This document shows positions 9,980 to 21,668 of a stretch of 64,000 nt of DNA, in pieces (the stretch's first letter is position 1; every line of letters begins with the position of its first letter). The stretch lies in the NCBI GenBank assembly GCA_951406725.2, contig OX597814.1, positions 219,542,001-219,606,000 of the forward strand. Direction: 5' to 3'. The notes under the pieces were generated by a model. It ran no database searches, had not been told where the DNA came from, and saw only the letters and a list, made by a program, of their open reading frames with translations. The DNA comes from Octopus vulgaris (taxonomy: Eukaryota). Made by a program: the position numbers and the translations under genes.

Positions 9980-11160
9980 TCCTAGGGCATCTAAAAAATA
10001 AAGTCCTCTTATGTTATTGTTAATTCTTTCTATGACAGTGGAATATGCACGATGTTGATCAGGTGGAAGCTTGCGAAGATTATCATTTATGTCTATGGCC
10101 AGTTTCTCCATATCACAGGAAATTTCTCTCATTATTTCAGTGGACACACTGTTAAGATCCCTTCTGTTAGTTAGTGCGAGACCTGGCAGCGGCAACCAGT
10201 TCTTTGTTTGCTCTGAACAACAACGCTGCCAATCGCTCGCTTCCAGCATGGGTGCCTTTAAGGTGTCATTGAGTACTACTACTACTACTACTACTATGAC
10301 TACTCAATGCTGTTTGCCTGCAAAATAATTTGATCTTCTATTTCATAGCACCAGTGAAACCAATATCTTGCTCAGGATAACTCAACTGAACTTGGTGTTT
10401 GAAATCTTCAGCAAGATCATTTCTGAACTTATTCCACAGTTCAGCAGGACTACTTACTTCACAATTTTTGAGAATAATAGCAAAAAGACTTCTTAAACTC
10501 TTTGGTGATTTTGATATTGAAGCTTCTTCCAGCATTGCTTCCCAATACTGATCGTTTGCAAGCAAATCTAACTTCAAACATGCTTCTCGATATATTCTGC
10601 AAATCTCACCATCAACTTCTTTCAAACTTTTCCATGAAGTTGGTCCTCTTTTTACATGAACAAGGATTCTGAGGTGAAAGCATTCATTTTCATCAGGATG
10701 CATAGTAAATAGTCTACCAATTATTGTCCCAAATTTAATCCCAGAATGACCTTGAACCTTTTTACCTATTTTGCACCTACTCCATTTATTACTACTCCAC
10801 ATGTAATAAGAACCTCATGATATAGCAGCATTTTTGAAAAATTGTTCCCCCAACAAAGATTGAAAAAGGCTGTTAAAGTGGTATCCTTTGGATTTGAAAC
10901 TTGATTTGCAGTTGTCTCAGCAGTGAAGTAAACTCTTTGACCATTTTCTAAATGCAGAGAAAATTGTTGAATGGCTGGGTACCTTTCATACATTGAGAAT
11001 CCAAATATCTGCCAGAAGGCCTCATTACAGCTTATGTATCTTCCTAATTAGTATTGTTTAACTTCGTCGTTAGTGTTTTCCTGAATGGCGAAAGAAGCAG
11101 CATCCCTGATTATATTTATGTTTTTGCATACATACTTTATGCTCTTCATGGAGTTATAGT

Positions 11161-11544
11161 GGAAGCACTCCGTCGGTTCCGACGATGAGGGTTCCGGTTG
11201 ATCCGAATGAACGGAACAGCCTGCTCATGAAATTAACGTGTAAGTGGCTGAGCACTCCACAGACACGTGTACCCTTAACGTAGTTCTCGGGGATATTCAG
11301 CGTGACACAGAGAGTGACAAGGCCGGCCCTTTGAAATACAGGTACAACAGAAACAGGAAGTAAGAGTGAGAGAAAGTTGTGGTGAAAGAGTACAGCAGGG
11401 ATCACCACCATCCCCTGCCGGAGCCTCGTGGAGCTTTAGGTGTTTTCGCTCAATAAACACTCACAACGCCCGGTCTGGGAATCGAAACCATGATCCTATG
11501 ACCCCGAGTCCGCTGCCCTAACCACTGGGCCATTGCGCCTCCAC
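11161..11544 (-). mobile_element. Full-length SINE family B inside the Helitron Rep domain
   Basis: Reverse copy of 543-919; 11-bp TSD ggagttatagt (11150-11160, 11545-11555). Confidence 0.9.
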
Positions 11545-12626
11545 GGAGTTATAGTACTCTGCATTGATATGAGCATTGAAAGTCTTTGACAGAAATGGGC
11601 AATAAGAAACTGTCCATCAATTGTCTACTTCACGATTTCCATCTTTGGCTCACTCTCATCCATCTTCTGCTTTCCTTCTTCTCTACATGGGATATCCATT
11701 GTAACCAAATTGAGCGTGATAAATAAAATTCTTTGGATAATTTTTTGTGCATTTCCCTTCCTTCATGCATGGTGACTTAGGGCTTTGAGCACCACAAGGA
11801 TCATGAATAATATGAGATATCACAATGTCACAGAGTGTCCGATCAATGGTAGAATCAGGAATTTCAGCCAAAATTATAGAATCAGTTTGATTTGAGTTAA
11901 TTTTTGTCCATAGCCAAAGTAAAATATGGGCATGAGGTAATTCCTTTTTCTACCATTCCACTGTATACATGGAACAGTGAACTTCCTCAAAGATATATGA
12001 TTTTGAAAAGAGGTGCATCATCTTTTTTAATTTTAAGTGGAAAACCTATGCTATGAGATCATGTCTATGACGTGCTCATTCATCAAGAAAAATGCCAAGT
12101 ATTTCAGGCCATTTTGGGTTACATGTAAAAGTTATAACTTAATCTGGTCTGATATATTTTCGTACGTATGTCATGGCATCTTGTGTTCTTTCATGCATAT
12201 AGTGGGGTCCACTTGTGAAGCTTGATGGAAGGATGCACTATTGCCCCAGATTATTTCCATACACATCATTATTTATGCTGTCTCATAGGCAAATATATGA
12301 AGCAACCCAAAGCTGTTCTAGTGTGTTCTTACATAGGTGAGAGTCTTTCTGATTCAATCTGGGCAAACATGTCAACAACAAATTGTTGAAATAAATCCCT
12401 ACTTCAACGCAACAAATTAAAACCGAAGGGTTTAAGAATAAGATGAAATGCATAAGAATCCACACACAATACAGTTTTTCTAGAATTTTCTCCTGCCTGA
12501 GGAATACCAAAGTGATATCCATCTGCTTCATATGCAAAAAGCAATGTGTACTGTAGAGCATCATAGGAGCGATGTGTATCACTTACCTGTTGAATGGAAC
12601 AATCTCTACACTCTATAATTATATAC

Positions 12627-12856
12627 CTATTTCTTTACTACCCACAAGGGGCTAAACACAGAGAGGACAAACAAGGACAAACGGATTAAGTCGATTATAT
12701 CGACCCCAGTGCGTAACTGGTACTTATTTAATTGACCCCGAAAGGATGAAAGGCAAAGTCAACCTTGGCGGAATTTGAACTCAGAACGTAACAGCAGACA
12801 AAATACAGCTACGCATTTCGCCCGGCGTGCTAACGTTTCTGCCAGCTCGCCGCCTT
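12627..12856 (-). mobile_element. SINE family C inside the Helitron
   Basis: Matches 3557-3790; imperfect TSD ending atatacc on both sides. Confidence 0.85.
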
Positions 12857-13394
12857 GCATAATAATATACCATTTTCCAGTTTGTTCACCTGCTAAAATT
12901 ATAGCAACCTCATTAGTCTCTGTTGCATTGAAGCGCTGTGAATGCTCAGTTGGGGGCCTTCCAACAGAATTGATCACCAACTGAAAATTTCTGCTTAGTG
13001 TATTATCAAAGATAGATTTGAAACTCCTGATATAATTATTATTGTTATGAAACATTCGTTGAAGTTATTGTATTATGTCAAAGTGAAGCCCTTCATTAAG
13101 ATCGTACCTTGTTTCAGCTTGTTTTTGCATATTGTTAATGAAATAAACTTGAAAAAAATTATGGTCTTCATTTTCTAGTGGTAAAATACTACCAACTCAA
13201 TGATATACTTGCCCTTGCATTTTAAATGTGAGCATGAATCCTCCTTCATCCACAATATTTGCTCCAAATGAAGTCATTTGGATAGCATTATAATAGTGTT
13301 GTATTTTTTGTAGAAAATGCTTTGAAATTGTTCCGTGAAAAAAAATTTTCAGTTCTTCAGGAGGGTCAGGATAAAAAGGTAGCATAATTTTCCC

Positions 13395-13597
13395 TCTCGC
13401 CAGCTCTGTCTGGCACCTGTGCAGGTGGCACGTAAAAAGCACCCACTACACTCACGGAGTGGTTGGCGTTAGGAAGGGCATCCAGCCGTAGAAACACTGC
13501 CAGATCTGACTGGGCCTGATGAAGCCTTCCAGCTTCACAGACCCCAGTTGAACCGTCCAACCCATGCTAGCATGGAGAACGGACGCTAAATGATGAT
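13395..13597 (+). mobile_element. RTE 3' end inserted in the Helitron Cys-rich region
   Basis: Interrupts PPGLCCN|GKIMLP; has the family terminal hairpin and GAT tail. Confidence 0.85.
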
Positions 13598-14221
13598 TGC
13601 AGCATAATCCGGGTGGTTCATTTAACCATTTTTTTATCACCACATTAATAGCATTGGCAAGACATTGAACCAATTTCAGATTCATAGCAATGATTGGGGT
13701 TGTAATTGCTGACATGACCGACCTTCGTTGTGCCTGATCCGGTCATTTTCATGTTTATTTGCAGTTTTTTGTGGTGTTTTTTGCATGTGATGTGATGCTC
13801 TTCGAAGACATCCAACTGCAAGTAATGCATTTCTTTTGTCTTAGTTTTCCTGCTGCACATGGAGCTGCCATTCTTTGTTGCCTATCTGCACATCATACAT
13901 TTCCTTGATCTTCATTTTCTGCTGCACATGGAGCTGCCATTCTTTGTTGGCTATCTGCATGTTGTTCATTTCTTTGATGTTCGATTTCAGATGCACATCA
14001 AACTTTCTTTCTTTGTTGATCATCTGCAAGCCGTGTGTGAATCTCATCTTCATTTTCTGCTGCATGTTGTGCATTCCTTTGATGTTCAGTTTCTGCTGCA
14101 TGGCAAGGTGCCATTCTCTGTTGGCTGTCTGCACATTGTGCATTCCATTGATCTTCGGTTTCTGCTGCACATCAACCTGTCATTCTTTGTTGGCTATCTG
14201 TAAGTTGTGCATTTCATTGAG

Positions 14222-14485
14222 AGGTGGTTGGATGGAACCTACACTCGCCTCTTTATGAGAGCTACTGTTGTAGAGCTGAAAAAGAGGTAATTTCTCCTCT
14301 TCTCCTCTGGAAGCCATCTACTCGCAATACCAGAGGGCGCACACTCTCCTACCCTGATGTAATCTCCAGGGATACAGGCATCCAGCAACAGGACCCCCGT
14401 AATACCATGATGGACCGTGAAGTCTTGCATAGCATGGTAAATTCCATTGTCTTGACCACGGTCGAACAATGGTGATGATGATGAT
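14222..14485 (+). mobile_element. 3' end of a second RTE-like LINE family
   Basis: Frame EVISPLLLWKPSTRNTRGRTLSYPDVISRDTG resembles an RTE C-terminus; (GAT)n tail. Confidence 0.65.
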
Positions 14486-14996
14486 TTCTTTGAAGTTCAG
14501 TTTCAGATGCCTGTTGAGCATTTTTTTCTTTGTTGATCCCCTGCAAGCTGTGCACGCCTCTCATCTTCACTTTATGTGTTTCTTTGGTGTTCATTTTTTG
14601 ACACCCTTTTTTTAGGAGACTTTTTTTTGATAAGGAATATCAGATTGTAATGAAGTCAAATGAAGTGACAAAGGCTGTCTCCTGTCTGTGTTAGAGCTGA
14701 ATTTCTGATGCTTTATTACAGGAATGCAAGGCAAGGTGTTGTGTGCGACAGAGAAGTTTAACTGTAGCAGTTGGCAGGTAAAGTGAAGCAGATCTGTAAG
14801 TCGGAATGCATGTTGTTGGTGTGAATTGTCTTTTTGTGGGTGTGACAATGTTTTTTGTTTCCCTGTTCAAGTTCTGTCTGTGTGTGTGTCATGCATCTTG
14901 CTTTGCTATCGGGTTCTCTCTGCCTATCTCAAAGAAGTTTGTATACCTATAACTGAACTGACAAGCTAGAAAAATAGCTACATCATATAGAACAAT

Positions 14997-15400
14997 CATC
15001 ATCATCATCATCATCGTTTAACGTCCGTTTTCCGCGCTAGCATGGGTTGGACGGTTCAACTGGGGTCTGGGAAGCCCAAAGGCTGCACCAGGCTCCAGTC
15101 TGATCTGGCAGAGTTTCTACAGCTGGATGCCCTTCCTAACGCCAACCACTCCGCGAGTGTAGTGGGTGCTTTTTACGTGCCACCTGCACAGGTGCCAGGG
15201 CGGTCCGGCATCGGCCACGACTAGTTGGAGCTTTTAACGTGCCACCAGCACGGGAGCCAGCCAAGGCGGCACTGGCAATGGCCACGTTCGGATGGTGCTT
15301 TTTATGTGCCATCGGCACAGAAGCCAGTCGGGGCGGCGCTGGCATCGGCCATGTTCGGATGGTGCTTTTTATGTTCCACCGGCACAGGTATCACAACTAC
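14997..15400 (-). mobile_element. RTE 3' end
   Basis: (CAT)n then reverse complement of the family 3' UTR with four hairpin units. Confidence 0.85.
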
Positions 15401-15811
15401 TATAGCTTTATCAAATCCAGGTGACTGTGTGATGGCACTGAAAATGCCACAGGTGAAATGGAACACCCATTTATCACCCATGTTCCTTTTGACATTTGAA
15501 TAGGCTGTACACCCATGAAGAGTTTTAAGCTTGAGTTTTGAATCTGAACCAGGGGGAGACAACCTCTACAGTTTTTGTTGTAAACAAACAGTCATATAGA
15601 ACAATAGCTTTATCGAATCCAGGTCACTCATTATCTGAGTGAATTGCTATGACACTGAAAAGGTCACAGGTCAAGTGGAACACCCATTTGTCAAGGTTTC
15701 TTTTTTCAGTTTCAAATCTGAACCAGGTTGAGACTACTCCTCCAGATTTGCTGTCTTTACTTTCATTTTGACGGACAAACAGACAGCAATTCCATTTTAT
15801 ATATATAGATA

Positions 15812-16495
15812 ATCATCATCATTTAATGCCCATTGTCAATGCTGGCATGGTTTGACTGAGGCTGGCATGCTGGAAGGCTGCACCCAGTCTGATTTGGCAT
15901 GGTTTTCTATGGATGGATGCCTTTCATAGCACCAACCACTCCAAGAGTGTAATGGGTGCTTTTATGTGCCACTGGCATGGGTACCATTTGCATGACACCG
16001 GTATCTGCCATGAATGTTATTTTGCTCAGCTTGATGGGTCTTCTTCTCAAGCGTGACATAATGCCAAAGGTCTCGGTCATTGCCTCCATGAGGCCCAACT
16101 TATATATATCATCATCATTATAGTATATGTGTACATATATATATATATATATACATGCCAACCCCGCCCGACTGGCTTCTGTGCCGGTGGCACATAAAAA
16201 GCACCACCTGAACGTGGCCAATGCCAGCACCGCCTCGACTGGCATCTGTGCCGGTGGCACGTAAAAAGCACCAACCGATCGTGGCCGATGCCAGACCCCT
16301 CTGGCACCTGTGCAGGTGGCACGTAAAAAGCACCCACTACACTCGCTGAGTGGTTGGCGTTAGGAAGGGCATCCAGCTGTAGAAACACTGCCAGATCAGA
16401 CTGGAGCCTGGAGCAGCCCATGGCTCCCCAGACCCCGGTCGAACCGTCCAACCCGTGCTAGCGCGGAAAACGGACTTTAAATGATGATGATGATG
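15812..16495. mobile_element. Two divergently oriented RTE 3' ends (15812-16100 minus, older; 16155-16495 plus)
   Basis: Similarity to 61860-62160 and 52315-52672 respectively. Confidence 0.8.
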
Positions 16496-17036
16496 TTCGC
16501 TCTGTGGATATATATATATAAATAAATATACATATACTATAAATATATCTATCTATCTGTCTATATATATGTATGTATATGAATATATAGATGTATACAC
16601 ATACTCACACATACATATATGATGTGTGTATAAATATATAGGCGTGTGTGGATGTGTATGCATGTGTGTGTATGGGTGATGTATGAGTGTGTCTGTGTGT
16701 TTGTCCCCAAGTGCTGTGAACTTAAGTTGGTTTGTTTCCATACCTTTGATTTAACGCTTCAATCAAAGAGACTTGACACAATCAGTGCAAAACTTTAAAA
16801 AAAGCTATCTAATTCCTGGGGTTGAGGGGTTGATTTGTTTGACGTAATTCTTTAAGGGAGTGTTGCAGCATGGCTACTGTCCAATCACTGAAACAAGTGA
16901 AAGGTAAGCAACATGAATACCTTCGTACACACATACATAACTACCTACAGATATAATCAGCAAAGAATCCACAGGTTTGAAAAAAAAGGCACTCATCTAT
17001 CTTTGTTAATACTGTATATTAATCAATTATACAGTA

Positions 17037-17444
17037 CTAACAGTATCGCCCGGCATTGCTCGGGTTTGTAAGGGAAATAACTATATAAGCATTTTTAGAG
17101 AGTTATAGCAAAAAAATAGCAAAAAAATGCATTAAAAATGGAAAAAAAAATTATGGTAAATTTTTTTTTAAATCGTTGACTCATCGTAGACATTTTTAGA
17201 GAGTTACTTCCCTTATATAATAGCGAAAAAAATGCATTAAAATGGAAAAAAATAATGGTAAATTTTTTTTTAAATTATAGACTCATCGTAGACGTGCGCT
17301 AATACCCAGAAGGGCTCAATATGGATCACGACTATAAGATACCCGGTTTTGGTTAAACTGCACCGCAAAATGTGGGAGTAGTTAAGAATCTAAATCGTAG
17401 GAGACAGACACACAACCTTACTTTTATATATACAGTATTATAGA
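17037..17444 (-). mobile_element. Non-autonomous Helitron with internal ~100-bp duplication
   Basis: Same termini as 5424-5936; catttttagagagtta...gactcatcgtagac block occurs twice. Confidence 0.8.
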
Positions 17445-17826
17445 TCCATTACAGCCAATCCCACTGATCAGTTTAACATTGATGAAGAGCATGTTTGTTA
17501 GATAGCCACCCTGTTATATAATATCCAGTTGTCTAATACCTGGTGTGAAACTGATTAATAAGATCAGCTTTAATGTATCTATAACACAGTATTGTTTGAT
17601 TAAAATGTATATGGAAATATATGTAGGATGAAAATGGTGATGAGTGATGATGCTCTTTATATACATACAGAGCAAATTTTTGACCATTAGGAAGGACATC
17701 CAGTTGTAGAAACCATACCAAAGCAGAAAGTAGGGATTGGTGCAGTCTTCTCATATGCCAGTTCCTGTGGAACCATCCAGGTCATGCCATCATATTGATG
17801 ATTATGATGATGATGATGATAATATA

Positions 17827-18047
17827 TATGATGGGGTGCTGAAAAGTTCCTGGCTTTGGGTAAAAGAAAATACAGGAGGACCAAGTAATTATGATTTTAT
17901 CGAACATATTCCCCTCTCAGATTCACACACTTATTGCAGCGGTCCTTCAGTTCTTCTAAGCCCTGTAAAAGAACTCAGAAAGTTGGGCTTCCAATAAGGC
18001 CTTTTGTGATACCCTTAAAGCTAGGAACTTTTCAGCTCCTCCTTGTA
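17827..18047. mobile_element. Mariner-derived MITE
   Basis: TA-flanked TIRs ggggtgctgaaaagttcctggcttt / aaagctaggaacttttcagctcctcc. Confidence 0.75.
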
Positions 18048-18208
18048 TATAAGCAGGCGTATTAGTTTGATGCTCAGGAAGAATGGAAAAGGGTTTTGAC
18101 ATTTTGAGCATATGCTCTTTGACAGAAAGGGATGAGAGGGGAAAAATGGAGAGAGGATGAAAAAACTAAGAAAGAAAAAAATGTGTAGGGCTTATATATT
18201 ATATTTAA

Positions 18209-18592
18209 CTAGCAGTATCGCCTGGCGTTGCTCGGGTTTGTAAGGGAAATAACTATATAAGCATTTTTAGAGGTGTAAAGTAAAATAGCCATCTCAATAT
18301 GGCTAACCACAAAGGGGGGGTGTTACTGTAGCTTTTTACGTTCTGAGATTTAATAATACATTTTTAGAGAGTTACTTCCCTTATATAATAGCGAAAAAAT
18401 GCATTAAAAATGGGAAAAAATTATGGTAAATTTTTTTTTAAATCGTAGACGTGCGCTAATACCCAGAAGGGCTCAATATGAATCACGACTATAAGATACC
18501 GCTTTTGGTTACACTGCACCGCAAAATGTGGGAGTAGTTAGGAATCTAAATCGTAGGAGACAGACACACAACTTCATTTTTATATATAAAGA
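18209..18592 (-). mobile_element. Non-autonomous Helitron
   Basis: TC...CTAG termini with subterminal hairpin; nearly collinear with 55726-56120. Confidence 0.85.
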
Positions 18593-19071
18593 TTAGCAGA
18601 AAGTTACAAGAGTAATTCACAGACCAAGTGTTTCACACATAGTACTTACCAAACTGTAAGTCTGATAACTGCCATGCATGAAACTGTTGGCATTTGAAAC
18701 CCTGATGTAACTTTCTACCAACTTTCCTAACTTACTCTAACGATTTCATCGGGACATGTCATGGGATAATGCACATATTGTGAATATAGTTATCATGTAA
18801 GTTATGGCCATCTTGCAACAGATATTTAAGTAAAACTTTTCTTAATTTTTCTCTTTTGTTTTGTTTTTTCTTTATTTTGTAATCTGAAATTTGTGCTCCA
18901 TGTAAACATATGTCTAAAGCCCAATGATGTTTATCTACCTTACCATCATAAATGCAGTAATAAAATTTGCCTAATGGGTGCAAACCCAGGTCCAAAATGT
19001 TTTAGAAACAAGGTCAATTTTTTTTTCAGTTTTAATACCAAAACAAACACTGGTATAATAATAATAATGAT

Positions 19072-19295
19072 AGTTTCAAATTTTGGCCCAAGGCCAGCAA
19101 GTTTGGAGATGGGGCTCAGTTGATTGAATCGGCCCCAGTGATCAACTGGTACTTATTTTATCGACCCTGAAAGGATGAAAGGCAAAGTCAACCTCAGCAG
19201 AATTTGAACTCAGAACACAGGGAAAGACAAAATGCTACTAAACATTTTGCCAAACATGCTATAGATTATACCAGCTGGCCATCTTAGGTATATTG

Positions 19296-19333
<38 letters not shown>

Positions 19334-19480
19334 CCTTTCTACTATTGGCACAAAGCCTGAAATTTATGTGGATGGGGTTAAGTTGATTACATTGACCCCA
19401 GTACTCAACTGGTACTTAACTAATCGACCACTAAAGGAAAAAAGCAAAGTTGACCTCAGTGGAATTTGAACTCAGAACAT
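19072..19480 (-). mobile_element. Two SINE family C copies separated by (TAA)n
   Basis: Similarity to 2748-3180. Confidence 0.75.
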
Positions 19481-19492
19481 AGCAATGGCATA

Positions 19493-19524
<32 letters not shown>

Positions 19525-19729
19525 AGTAATAATAAAAAATAACCACAAAACAAGAGCAAAACAAAAAAACTGTTTTCTGTCTCTAAGGAAGCTGAAAAAT
19601 ACAAGAAAGACAGCATAGTGAGCTGACACCTATGAAGAAAATGAAGAAACAATTTTAAGGTGTGCTTGCACCTCTGATCCTGCACCTATGTTTACTACCT
19701 CTCTTTCTCTCTCTCTATATATATATATA

Positions 19730-20149
19730 CTCTTTTACTCTCTTTTACTCTTTTACTTGTTTCAGTCATTTGACTGCGGCCATGCTGGAGCACCGCCTTT
19801 AGTCGAGCACATCGACCCCGGGACTTATTCTTTGTAAGCCCAGTACTTATTCTATCGGTCTCTTTTGCCGAACCGCTAAGTGATGGGGACGTAAACACAC
19901 CAGCATCGGTTGTCAAGCAATGCTAGGGGACAAACACAGACACACAAACACATACACACACACATATATATATATATACATATATACGACAGGCTTCTTT
20001 CAGTTTCCGTCTACCAAATCCACTCACAAGGCATTGGTCGGCCCGGGGCTATAGCAGAAGACACTTGCCCAAGATGCCACGCAGTGGAACTGAACCCGGA
20101 ACCATGTGGTTGTTTAGCAAGCTACTTACCACACAGCAACTCCTGCGCC
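19730..20149 (-). mobile_element. Full-length SINE family A inserted in (TA)n
   Basis: Reverse complement of 7209-7610. Confidence 0.9.
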
Positions 20150-20184
<35 letters not shown>

Positions 20185-20950
20185 TGAAAGAGAAGGAGAA
20201 AGGGAGAGCCCAAGGACTGGTTGCTTGGGTGCTAGGCTCATGATCTTTGGGTCATGGTTACTGGGAAGCTTATCGGGCTGAGTAATGCAATTGTGTCCTT
20301 GAGGAAGACTCTTCATTTCACTGAAAACATGTGCCATTTACAAATAATACAAATCCTTCAATGGACTGATGTCCTGTCCAAGGTGGAGTGCGAGTCTGGT
20401 ACTCTCAATCATATTTGAAATGCCATAGAGATGAGGACAAGCTTTGGTTGTATTCAAAGCAAGTTTTCTCTTTTAACTTTATGTACATCCATACAAACAC
20501 ATACATATGATAAGTATGTGTGTATGTATGTAATATATATACATATCTTTATTTTTTACTTATTTCATTCATGGGACTGCAGTTGTGCTGGGGTCACCAC
20601 CTTTATATATGAATATATATTTGGTTGGCTCAAGGCTATAGTAGAAGACACTTGCCCAAGGTGCCATGTAGTGAAGTGAACTCGGAACTATGTGGTTGGG
20701 AAGCAAACTTCTTACCTGAGCCACACCTGTGGTATCAGCAAATTTCATATATATATATATGTACATATATATATATATATAATCATCTATATATCATATA
20801 TCTGAAAAAGAAGCATAATCTAAAGCATATGTATTATGTATTTATAGATTGACCAATATTTTGCATCTATAAAACATTAAGCCTTTTATGGATGTAAAAT
20901 CATTGGTCACTCTATGACCAGACATATACTTAACTGCATATATATATATA

Positions 20951-21258
20951 TGGCACATAAGAGAACCATTGGAATGTGGCCATTGCCAGTGCCGCCCCGA
21001 CTGGCTTCATGCCGGTGGCTCGTAAAAAGCACCATCCGATCATGGCCGTTTGCCAGCCTTGTCTGGCACCTGTGCCGGTGGTACGTAAAGAGCACCCACT
21101 ACACTCATGGAGTGGTTGGCGTTAGGAAGGGCATCCAGCCATAGAAACATTGCCAGAACAGACTGGGCCTGGTGCAGCCTTCTGGCTTCCCAGATCCCAG
21201 TTAAACCGTCCAACCCATGCTAGCATGGAAAGCGGACGCTAAACGATGATGATGATGA
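20951..21258 (+). mobile_element. RTE 3' end
   Basis: Family 3' UTR and GAT tail, flanked by (TA)n. Confidence 0.85.
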
Positions 21259-21273
21259 TATATATATATATGT

Positions 21274-21349
<76 letters not shown>

Positions 21350-21460
21350 ACATATATATATATATATATATATAAATAAGGATAAGATTGTTATTTAAAT
21401 ATCAATCTTATCAGGTGGCCAGCATGGGAATAAAAACCTTCAAAGGTAATAATTATTATT

Positions 21461-21634
21461 AAAATTATAATTTAGGGATTCTAATAGAGACCACCATGCT
21501 GGAAATAGTAGACAAAACTTGACTCTAAAACCACATTAAATGTTCATATGAACATTTAATGTGGTTTTAGAGTCAAGTTTTGGTTGCTATTTCCAGCGTG
21601 GTGATATCTCTTCCATACCCTAAATTATAATTTT
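21461..21634. repeat. 174-bp palindrome with a 70-bp perfect, spacerless core (21513-21582)
   Basis: caaaacttgactctaaaaccacattaaatgttcat|atgaacatttaatgtggttttagagtcaagttttg. Confidence 0.9.
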
Positions 21635-21668
21635 ATATATATAATTTTATATATATATGTATATATAT

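Larger units (their letters stand above)
8570..14560 (-). pseudogene. Helitron RepHel transposase pseudogene
   Basis: ORF fragments 8608-8922, 8938-9378, 10338-10802, 10766-10993, 11683-11871, 12759-13055 and 13197-13442 are collinear pieces of RepHel; N-terminal ~63-bp coding repeats at 13790-14220. Confidence 0.9.
8242..15809 (-). mobile_element. Decayed, formerly autonomous Helitron (Rep/Pif1 helicase) with nested insertions
   Basis: 5' end a|TCtatatatataaaatgg at 15809; Rep motifs ITFTCNPKWPEI (~12100-12136), MYTVEW*KKELPHAHIL (~11920-11970), SIKYVCK (~11125-11145); helicase motifs FLDALGSTGKT, DECIMSH, QFPIRVSFTMSINKSQSQTL; many stops and frameshifts; 3' end (ccag|t) is eroded and tentative. 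Confidence 0.9.

Noticed and set aside
18660-18690. Hammerhead-like ctgataa...gaaac
   Set aside because: G8 is missing and stems I and III are not supported
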